DNA of 64,000 nt, from NCBI GenBank assembly GCA_003225335.1, contig QHZE01000458.1:4754-68753 (forward strand), written 5' to 3'. The notes under the pieces were generated by a model. That model saw only the letters and a list, made by a program, of their open reading frames with translations, did no database searches and was not told the DNA's origin. Positions 48,759-56,385 of the stretch are shown piece by piece (position 1 is the stretch's first letter; every line of letters starts with the position of its first letter). Origin of the DNA: Acidobacteriota bacterium. GTDB taxonomy: Bacteria; Acidobacteriota; UBA6911. Made by a program: the position numbers and the translations under genes.

Positions 48759-50120
48759 TCATGGTTGGCTCGATTCGAGGTCGGAAGTGTATTGGTTGAT
48801 TTTATCCTCGACGGCAATGACTTCTACGTCGATGGTTTGGGCGCCGAACAGCGGTTTCAAGGCGGCGCGCGCCGCATCCAGAAGCGGCAGCGCGGTTTCA
48901 GAGAGACGTAAAATGACGGTGCCATCGGCGCGCTGGTGCAGACCGAACTGCGGAATAGGAAACTGGCCGAGAGCATGCGTGACATCGATATTGTTGATCC
49001 ATTCTTCGCTTTCCGTGCGAAACCGAACAGGTGGCCGGCCGGATAGACCGGTCAGCACTGGCGCCTCTGGGCTGAAAGAAAGCGAAGCGTAATCACCAGT
49101 GCGGTAACGCAGCAACGGCAGGCAAAAATTGAATCCACCGGTAAGCGTGATTTCGCCTCTTTCGCCGACGTTCACCGGATGCCCGGCCTTGTCGAGGATT
49201 TCGACGTAGAGCATCGGTTGCAACAAGACATGACCGCCGACCGCCGGATCGAACACGGCTACCGGACCTGCTTCGTTGAGCGAGTAGACGTCGAGCACGG
49301 GACAACCGAAGCGTTCCTCGAGACGTCGCCTCAAGCCGGGCGACAACATCATCGAGACCGAAATCAAAGCGCGCGGCCTCGCCGTGATCGGCAGGTTTAG
49401 AAGCTCAGCAAACGAAATTGGATCGCCCCCATAGACTTCTGGCGCCAGCGCGTCGAGATATCGCGCCCGGTCATCGGGGTCGCGCCAATCGTTCGGATGC
49501 AGATTGATCTTGGCCAATCCTGATTCGTCCATCGTCGGCGTCACCGACACATACGTGAAGCACTTGCGCTGATGGCCCAACAGCACGACACCCACTTGTC
49601 CGCCCCCGTGTGTGAGGTCAACGCCGAACCTTCGCAACGCCCGTTTGTGAAAAGCGAGATAACGACCGGCAACCATGGGGTGCGAGGCGATAAGCATGGG
49701 ATGGCCGGAAGTACCGGTAGTGCGGAAATTGATGAGCCGATCCAATTCGACCGAATCAGGAACGAAACGGGCGATGTCGGCGGCAAAATCGGCGCGCGAT
49801 ACGGTTGGTAGATCTTCAAAACGCGGCGGGGGCGAGCCGAGCGCTCGATAGAACGGAACGTCTTCAAAAGTACGCGCAACAAACGCTGTTGCCCAAGACG
49901 GCATGCAGCCCCGCGACCAACCCACAGCGGCTTCCAGGACTTCGCGTTCAAAAATCCGCAGCGCCTCGATATCCGCCGCCGTGAGGCGGTTGCCGCTTTG
50001 ATTGCGATAGACGGGCGCGGCGGGATGCTCGCGCATGAATTCGAGCATGCGCCGTCCCGCTTCCGTAAGCGTAGGGTAACGATCGTGATCGGTGACGAGG
50101 TCGCTCATTCGCGCGTCCAC
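48759..50120 (-). CDS. Adenylate-forming enzyme, phenylacetate-CoA ligase (PaaK)/coenzyme F390 synthetase-like
   Basis: 453 aa. ...NFRTTGTSGHPMLIASH... is a P-loop-like adenylation motif. The overall architecture is PaaK/F390-synthetase. It is the last gene of the minus-strand operon and overlaps the upstream gene by 16 nt. Confidence 0.7.
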   Translation of the reverse strand: MDARMSDLVTDHDRYPTLTEAGRRMLEFMREHPAAPVYRNQSGNRLTAADIEALRIFEREVLEAAVGWSRGCMPSWATAFVARTFEDVPFYRALGSPPPRFEDLPTVSRADFAADIARFVPDSVELDRLINFRTTGTSGHPMLIASHPMVAGRYLAFHKRALRRFGVDLTHGGGQVGVVLLGHQRKCFTYVSVTPTMDESGLAKINLHPNDWRDPDDRARYLDALAPEVYGGDPISFAELLNLPITARPRALISVSMMLSPGLRRRLEERFGCPVLDVYSLNEAGPVAVFDPAVGGHVLLQPMLYVEILDKAGHPVNVGERGEITLTGGFNFCLPLLRYRTGDYASLSFSPEAPVLTGLSGRPPVRFRTESEEWINNIDVTHALGQFPIPQFGLHQRADGTVILRLSETALPLLDAARAALKPLFGAQTIDVEVIAVEDKINQYTSDLESSQP

Positions 50121-50689
50121 TTGTCGGCCGATTCTTCGGCGGCCTTCTTGGCCAACGCCTCGCGGATGGCACGCGCGCGGCGCTCGGCGGCGCGACTCGC
50201 TTCCAGCAGACGGCGGCGCTCGGTACTGCTCAGGCTGGAGAGCCGATCTGTGGCTTGCGCAATGGTCTCGCGCGCCGGGCGATAGTTGAGACGCGCCAAT
50301 ACCACGCGCGCAAGCTCTTCGCGCCGATCGGTGTCGTTCACGAATTTATGCGCCGCCGTGGCCGCAGCCAGTTCGGTAACGGTTTCGTCGAGCACGCGCA
50401 GCGCGTCCGCTTGCGGGATTTTTACGGACACAAACCATTCATCCGCGAGCAGCCAAACCGTAATCATTGCAAGCGCAAGCCGATTTCGATCGATCTTCGC
50501 GTCCGCTCCATGAAAGCGCATGAGCGCGGCAGCCGGGGCTCGAGCGCCGTACAGAGACAAAAGATCGTTCACCAAGGCCGGAACAAACACGCGACCCGTT
50601 GTACCGATCCGTGGTTCATCGAGAAAATCAGGCGGCGTCTCGGCCAGACGTCGCGTCAGCTTTTCCAGTATTGGGCCTTGTCGTTCCAT
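50105..50689 (-). CDS. Hypothetical protein (194 aa, C-terminal charged/coiled region)
   Basis: No recognisable domain. It is translationally coupled, with its start 4 nt after the rSAM stop and an overlap with the next gene. Confidence 0.4.
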   Translation of the reverse strand: MERQGPILEKLTRRLAETPPDFLDEPRIGTTGRVFVPALVNDLLSLYGARAPAAALMRFHGADAKIDRNRLALAMITVWLLADEWFVSVKIPQADALRVLDETVTELAAATAAHKFVNDTDRREELARVVLARLNYRPARETIAQATDRLSSLSSTERRRLLEASRAAERRARAIREALAKKAAEESADKWTRE

Positions 50690-50692
50690 GGT

Positions 50693-51661
50693 TCAGACGG
50701 CGAACTTGGCAAAAACATGGGTAGAAGGACAATCGTTGCACACCGGCGCCGGCTTGCGCTCGCGCGCCGTCGCGAAACTCCCGGGCAAGGAGAGCAAACC
50801 GTCGACGGAGCAAACGGCCTTTAGCGGCAGACCGAAATTCTCTGACGTGAAACTACATGGCGAGACACGGCCGCGCTCATCGACGAACAGGAAGCTCTCG
50901 CCGGGGGCACAATCGTTGACCGCAAGACTGATGTCGTGCGTGCTCGCGTCGATCCTTCTGAGATACTGCCCGCTTCCACATAAGCGCACACCCCGGCGAG
51001 CGAGTCTTGAACGCAGCCTGGGCAATATCGCCGACAGGGTTTGCGAATCTTGGCGCCGTAAACGGTGTGCGGAGAAGAATGCCGGTCGATCGCGTCCACC
51101 CAGTTGATTGAAGGTGATCTCATCGAATCCCCATCCGGCGAGCGCTTCACACAAGTCGGCGAACATCGTCAAATTGTCGCGCATGAGCACGACATTGGCA
51201 CGCAGTTTTAGCTGCGCCGCCATTGCAGTACGCGCCTGTGCGAGCGTTTGCACCGCTTCACGAAGTTGGTGCCAACCTCCAGGCCAACCTCTCACGTGCT
51301 CGTGAAATTCGGCGAAGCCGTCCACGCTCACGGTAAGCTCGGAAAAGCATTCAAGAATGTGACGCTGCACGCGCCCCAGGTGAAGCGTCGTGCCATTAGT
51401 CGTCGCGCTGACTTCAATCTGGAAAGTTTGACGCAATCGGTGCGAGACCTCGAACACAGGACGCCAAAGCAACGGTTCACCGCCGAGCCAACTCAAGAGG
51501 ATGCGTTCACCGGTCGTTCGTCGATACTCGCCCAGCACTCGACAAAACCGTTCCACCATCTGCTCATCCACGTCTTGCCGTGAGCGGGAAAGCGTTCGGT
51601 CATAGGCGCAGAAAGGGCATGAGCGATTGCAGCGTTCGGTGACGCGCCAAACGACGATCAT
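50693..51661 (-). CDS. Radical SAM enzyme with a C-terminal SPASM/twitch-like Cys-rich region
   Basis: N-terminal CNRSCPFC (CxxxCxxC). C-terminal Cys cluster ...CGSGQY...CAPGE...SPCSF...CNDCPSTH. The ATG overlaps the upstream stop (ATGA). Confidence 0.75.
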   Translation of the reverse strand: MIVVWRVTERCNRSCPFCAYDRTLSRSRQDVDEQMVERFCRVLGEYRRTTGERILLSWLGGEPLLWRPVFEVSHRLRQTFQIEVSATTNGTTLHLGRVQRHILECFSELTVSVDGFAEFHEHVRGWPGGWHQLREAVQTLAQARTAMAAQLKLRANVVLMRDNLTMFADLCEALAGWGFDEITFNQLGGRDRPAFFSAHRLRRQDSQTLSAILPRLRSRLARRGVRLCGSGQYLRRIDASTHDISLAVNDCAPGESFLFVDERGRVSPCSFTSENFGLPLKAVCSVDGLLSLPGSFATARERKPAPVCNDCPSTHVFAKFAV

Positions 51662-53484
51662 GGGTGAGTCTCCGCCCGGGTCGCCTTTTCTTTTGCTGCA
51701 TAGTGGCGCCGGCTGAACGAGCGCGCGAATTCGAGCAAATCCTCAAATTTCGCGATGGCGTGTATCTCCCATCCCTGTTCCCGGCGTGCCCGCTTCAAGT
51801 CCTCGAATACCGGCAAGTTCCGCCCGGCTTTTTTTTGATCCCACGCCGCCGGCAGGTTCAACGCCATCGTCCCGCCCGCGCGGCCTGTTGCGAGCGCATT
51901 GGCGGAGATATCCCATCCGCTATTGCCGCGCTCGTCACGCTCGAACATGGTCGTTATGCCGTCGTCGGAAATCATCAGGATGTGGACGGGCCGGCTGTTC
52001 GCATTCCTGCCTGCATACGTGTCGCGCAGCTGATGAATCGGAAAACACGTCCCTCCACCGTAGAACCCCGTGAGCACCTTCAGGATTTTGTCTTCGTCGC
52101 GCACGAATCCATCGGTGTGCAAGACCTGGTTCTTGCCGCTCCATAACGTCACCTGCACTCTTGAGCCGACGCGCAACGCCGACAGCGCAATGATTGCGCC
52201 GGCCAGCGTGAGATACGACGTTTGCCGCTGCGGGTTTGGCATGGAACCGGAACTGTCGACGTACATATCGAGATCGACCGGCATCCGGTCCGGGGTTCGG
52301 CCCGTTTCGCGGCCATATAATCGCCGCACCGTGGTGAGGCCGGGAATAGGCCGAGGCGACTGCATCACGCTCTGCAGCCAGTCAACTTCGTCTAATGGAT
52401 CGCCGATGTCCCAAGGCTCCAGACCCTCCATTTGCGGTTCGTGCGATTCCGGTATCTCGCGGGTCGGGAATCGGACGATATGCGGCAAGGCCCGTTCGCG
52501 GTAATAGCGAACCGCGATGTCGTGATCGGACAGTTTGATCCCGGCCGCTTTCAATATCTCGCCGTATTCGAAAGGCTCGCGTGCCTGGCCCGAAGAGTTC
52601 GACGATTTCTCTCGTCCTTCAGGGTCCTCGCCAACGGGTTCATCGAGACCGGAGATGCTCGGATCTTCCGCCGGATGGACGGCGCCTTCAATCTCATCCG
52701 CCTCGATGTCCTGCGCGCCGGACGGCTCGCATCCTTCGGCGGCATCCTTCGTGTCGTGCAAATAGTCGAGCGCCTTTTTATTTTCAGTGTCCTCAACCAG
52801 ATACGGCAGTAAGAGGGTTGCGAACTTTCCGGCGCCCCTCAGCCAGTCATTAGCGTATACACGGATCAATCGCGCGCCCAGCCAGGCATCGGTATCAAGA
52901 CGCTCATCGGCGCTGCCGCCGCCCAGCGTGCCTTTGTCCAATTTCCACAAGTTTTCATAAACCCGCATGTAAAGCGTCCACACGCCGCTTTGCTTCGCCT
53001 GCCCGTCGCCCGAGGCTTGCGCCAGCCGCTTGTATATATCCGCCATGCGCAAGTCGGCCTGGCGTTGCAATCGATCATTGATGTAGAGATCGGTGTAGAG
53101 ATTGGCAACCATCGGCGCGTGCCGCTCGAGTGTGGGCAATGCCCGCCGGATTCGAGCGAGCAACCGAAACTGATCGGTGGCGTTGCCCGGAGCGAGCACG
53201 TGATGGCCAATCTCATGCGCGAGAATCTCAACGGCGTAGTCGTCGAGGCCGAGGCTGTGTACCGTTTCGAGATCCACGACCACGCTTTGATCGGCGAGGC
53301 GGATCATAGCGAAGCTGCCGCTCAGGCCTTCCTGTGCCGCTTCCACGCGGCTCTCGCACAAGCGCGCATCACGCAACCGCGTGAACTTGCTCCACACTGC
53401 GACTGCTTGCGGCCATGCCGCGCGCCAGCGCTCGATCAGTGCCGAGCGCTTAGCAAGGAATTCGGCGTCGCGCAAAACGCTCAT
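51658..53484 (-). CDS. vWA domain protein with an N-terminal HExxH (zincin-like) region
   Basis: N-terminal AHEIGHHVLAP (HExxH). C-terminal MIDAS DLDMYVDSSGSM plus the vWA fold. The start at 53484 overlaps the upstream stop (ATGA). Confidence 0.7.
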   Translation of the reverse strand: MSVLRDAEFLAKRSALIERWRAAWPQAVAVWSKFTRLRDARLCESRVEAAQEGLSGSFAMIRLADQSVVVDLETVHSLGLDDYAVEILAHEIGHHVLAPGNATDQFRLLARIRRALPTLERHAPMVANLYTDLYINDRLQRQADLRMADIYKRLAQASGDGQAKQSGVWTLYMRVYENLWKLDKGTLGGGSADERLDTDAWLGARLIRVYANDWLRGAGKFATLLLPYLVEDTENKKALDYLHDTKDAAEGCEPSGAQDIEADEIEGAVHPAEDPSISGLDEPVGEDPEGREKSSNSSGQAREPFEYGEILKAAGIKLSDHDIAVRYYRERALPHIVRFPTREIPESHEPQMEGLEPWDIGDPLDEVDWLQSVMQSPRPIPGLTTVRRLYGRETGRTPDRMPVDLDMYVDSSGSMPNPQRQTSYLTLAGAIIALSALRVGSRVQVTLWSGKNQVLHTDGFVRDEDKILKVLTGFYGGGTCFPIHQLRDTYAGRNANSRPVHILMISDDGITTMFERDERGNSGWDISANALATGRAGGTMALNLPAAWDQKKAGRNLPVFEDLKRARREQGWEIHAIAKFEDLLEFARSFSRRHYAAKEKATRAETHP

Positions 53485-54482
53485 AGCAGAGGAAACAACC
53501 GTATAGTGAAGGTGTAGAGGGAAGTGACCGCTATGGTATGTTCGTTGCACGTCACAGCCAGTCCGTCCTCCGGCAAGTCGAGCTCGACTTGACGTCCGCC
53601 CAACAAAAGCTTCGATCCTTTTAGCGGCGCCGTTTTTGCGCGCAGGTCGATCTTCGAGCCATCGAATTCTTCGGCCGTGGCCGGATGTAGTACCGCGCCG
53701 TAGGCATCAGCGATCAGGAAACTGAATCGATCGAAGCTCTTTACGCAGAAACCTTCGGCGTTGGCGCGAACTTCGGGCGGCGCGCGAAATATCCCGCCAA
53801 AACCCGTGAACTGTCCGATTTCGATACCCTGTAACGCACGACGCTTTTCAACGGCCGGCGCCCACCAGGGGTCAGCCAGGAAGTTTTCGCGCACGGACGT
53901 CCACTTATCGCCCGCGGCTGCTCCCACGGCGGCAAGCGCAACGTTTTCGGGCAGCTGGTCAGCAACCCGAATCGCGCCCAAGCGAAAGTGCGCGAGGCCA
54001 CCGCGCCACGCCATGATCTGCCCTATTGCTCGCAAGCATGAGACGGAATCGGCGTATTTGGCTAAATCAGTCATGCCCTGTATCCATTGATCGGCGCGCG
54101 CGTTCGGTACCTTGCCGATATTCACCGCTGCATTGGTAAGCGCGCCGAGCACTTCCACCGGCTGTTCCGACACCAGGCGCGCGTATTGGGGCGCCAGCGC
54201 TTGCCAGACGCGATCGATAAGCTCGCTGCGGGCGCCTGGACCCGCAAGCGCTTGACCAACGAGCTCGAGCCCAATGTCGTACGCCACGACGGCGACCGGC
54301 GCCACACGTTCTGGAGCGATCTCGGCGACGGAGCGTACTACCGCATCCACACTCGTGCGCAAGAAGGCGGCGAAGGCCATGCTGTCGAGCGCCGGATAGT
54401 GATGTTTCGCCTCCGCGACGCGGGCATTGAACTGCGCCCGGCCGGCAGCGAGCACTCGAGCCAAGGGATCAGAGATGGTCAT
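53481..54482 (-). CDS. Hypothetical protein (333 aa) encoded between the MoxR and vWA genes
   Basis: No recognisable motif. Its position matches the third component seen in ternary vWA-MoxR systems. Its start abuts the MoxR stop. Confidence 0.4.
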   Translation of the reverse strand: MTISDPLARVLAAGRAQFNARVAEAKHHYPALDSMAFAAFLRTSVDAVVRSVAEIAPERVAPVAVVAYDIGLELVGQALAGPGARSELIDRVWQALAPQYARLVSEQPVEVLGALTNAAVNIGKVPNARADQWIQGMTDLAKYADSVSCLRAIGQIMAWRGGLAHFRLGAIRVADQLPENVALAAVGAAAGDKWTSVRENFLADPWWAPAVEKRRALQGIEIGQFTGFGGIFRAPPEVRANAEGFCVKSFDRFSFLIADAYGAVLHPATAEEFDGSKIDLRAKTAPLKGSKLLLGGRQVELDLPEDGLAVTCNEHTIAVTSLYTFTIRLFPLL

Positions 54483-56063
54483 TTATTGTGAGCGCAGCCA
54501 GTGTAGATAGTTGGTATAGCGCTGATGCAGATATTTAAGCTTGAGCAGATCGTCGTACAGGTGACCATATAATTTGCGGCCCTTTACGAGTTCGCCGATC
54601 AAGCGCTCGATCTTGGAAAGCCTTGAACGCGTCTCGCGCTCGCTGAGACCGTCCAATCCCTTGGCAAAATCGGCGGAGAGTTCGCCGACCGCATCGTTGC
54701 GATCAAGATCGAGACGGTTGTACTCGTCGTTGGCGAGATCGAACAAGCGGCGCAGCCATCCCAGACGGTCTGTGCGATACGCTGCATTCTCCGGAAGACC
54801 GAAGAACGGCGCATCCAGATCCGGCTGCAGTTTGTCGTGCAACACGAACGGCAGAGTCTGGCGCACGTCTTCGAGCTCCACGGTTCGGTTACCCCGAAAA
54901 TATGTCAGCGCCTTGGCAAAAATCAGCAGAGTCATCAGATTGCGCACCGACAAACCGTTGCGCGTCTGACATCCCAGGTCCTTGAGCCGATCGCGGCCGT
55001 TATCCGCTGCCACCATCTGACCCCAGTCGATACCGGAAAGCCGCGCGGTATCTTTCGTCATGTATTCGAACTGGGCGCCTGCGGTTTCAAAGAGCTCGAA
55101 CTGGCTGGCGAAGAATTCCAACCGGCGGCGCACCTCGACAGGTACTTCCACCTGGAGGATCTGCTCGCCGAGACGTTCGACCTCTTTTTCGGTGAATACA
55201 ATCTCGCGTGGCACAACCTCTTCGGGTCGAATGTTTTCTTCGATACGCACCAACAGATCACCGAGGAAGCGCGGGTTAAACGCCAGCGCCTGTACGATCA
55301 CGTCGATGCGGTCGCGCAGCGCTTCGATTACCTGGTAAGTGCCGCCGCCCTGGTCGTCGTTCGCCGTCAGGTACCACGCGGATTCCGGGCATTCGTAGAT
55401 ATGGTTCAGCACCTCCGCGTAGTTGTCCCCCATGACCGTCAACAACGCGCTTTGCGTGCGCGTGGGGATACGGTTGTATTCATCGACAATTTTCACCCGC
55501 ATCGACAACCACGAGCGCCACGCGATGCGGATGTCGTTCATGCTCTGCGCGTTCACCAAATCCGCCGGCAACGGATTGCCGAGCAAATCGGCGATCGTCA
55601 TTTGCGGATGTCCATGCTGCATTGCGCGGCGTACTTCGCGCACTGGATAACCGGCCAAGACGCCCATCAAAACTGCGCTTGCCGTTTTGCCTCGGCCTGC
55701 ACCGCCGACGAACAAGCATTTGCGCCGGGTCGCGAATGTCAACAGCGGGAACAAGATGAAGCTGGAGTAACTTTGAGCGGAGGGGAGCGTCAGCGTTCGT
55801 TTGCTGTCTCCAACCGCATATGTCTGCGCCGGTCCATCGTTGTACTCGACATCGTAGTGCGGGCTGATGACCGCATTGTTCACGATCCAGAAGTAAGCCT
55901 GCCGAAGTTTTTCATCGAGGGCCTGACTTCCTTCCTCGACCGCGGCGCCCGTTTGAATTGGTCCCTCATACAGGTCTGCAACGTCGAATTGACGAGTCTT
56001 CGGCGGGGCTTTCGGATTGGTGGGAGCTTGGGATACGCGCTGAAAAATGTTGAAAGGTGCCAT
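54483..56063 (-). CDS. MoxR-like AAA+ ATPase (with N- and C-terminal extensions)
   Basis: Walker A LFVGGAGRGKTASAV. Walker B KIVDEYNRI. The MoxR-type lid ...LSVRNLMTLLIFAKALTYFRG. AGGACGA RBS. Confidence 0.75.
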   Translation of the reverse strand: MAPFNIFQRVSQAPTNPKAPPKTRQFDVADLYEGPIQTGAAVEEGSQALDEKLRQAYFWIVNNAVISPHYDVEYNDGPAQTYAVGDSKRTLTLPSAQSYSSFILFPLLTFATRRKCLFVGGAGRGKTASAVLMGVLAGYPVREVRRAMQHGHPQMTIADLLGNPLPADLVNAQSMNDIRIAWRSWLSMRVKIVDEYNRIPTRTQSALLTVMGDNYAEVLNHIYECPESAWYLTANDDQGGGTYQVIEALRDRIDVIVQALAFNPRFLGDLLVRIEENIRPEEVVPREIVFTEKEVERLGEQILQVEVPVEVRRRLEFFASQFELFETAGAQFEYMTKDTARLSGIDWGQMVAADNGRDRLKDLGCQTRNGLSVRNLMTLLIFAKALTYFRGNRTVELEDVRQTLPFVLHDKLQPDLDAPFFGLPENAAYRTDRLGWLRRLFDLANDEYNRLDLDRNDAVGELSADFAKGLDGLSERETRSRLSKIERLIGELVKGRKLYGHLYDDLLKLKYLHQRYTNYLHWLRSQ

Positions 56064-56147
56064 CGTTTCGTCCTGTATCGTGTCCTCGGACTTCTGATTG
56101 TCGAAGTCCGAGGACCACTGACCTCACCGCACTTACTAGGGATTTCG

Positions 56148-56385
56148 CAAATACGGTAACCTAACCGCTCCGGAGCGGTAGGAACTTAGCCAGGGGTGAG
56201 CGCTTTTGCGAACCCCTGGAACCCGTGCCTACGCGACCAACGCGCCCCGGCAGGGGCGCGGGGAACTCCTGCAACCCCTGCCGGGGTGCGTATCGTTGTT
56301 CCTATTCTACCCGGGGGCTCGCTTCGCTCACCCCCAGCTAAGCTCCTTGCGCCCCGCCGGGGCGAAATGCGTTACCGTTTTATGG
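56148..56385. mobile_element. MITE family B copy inserted between two genes of the operon; it supplies the stop codon of the 776-aa gene
   Basis: The TIRs are gcaaatacggtaac ... gttaccgttttatgg. The TAA stop of the 56380-58710 gene is formed by the terminal nucleotides 56380-56382. Confidence 0.7.
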
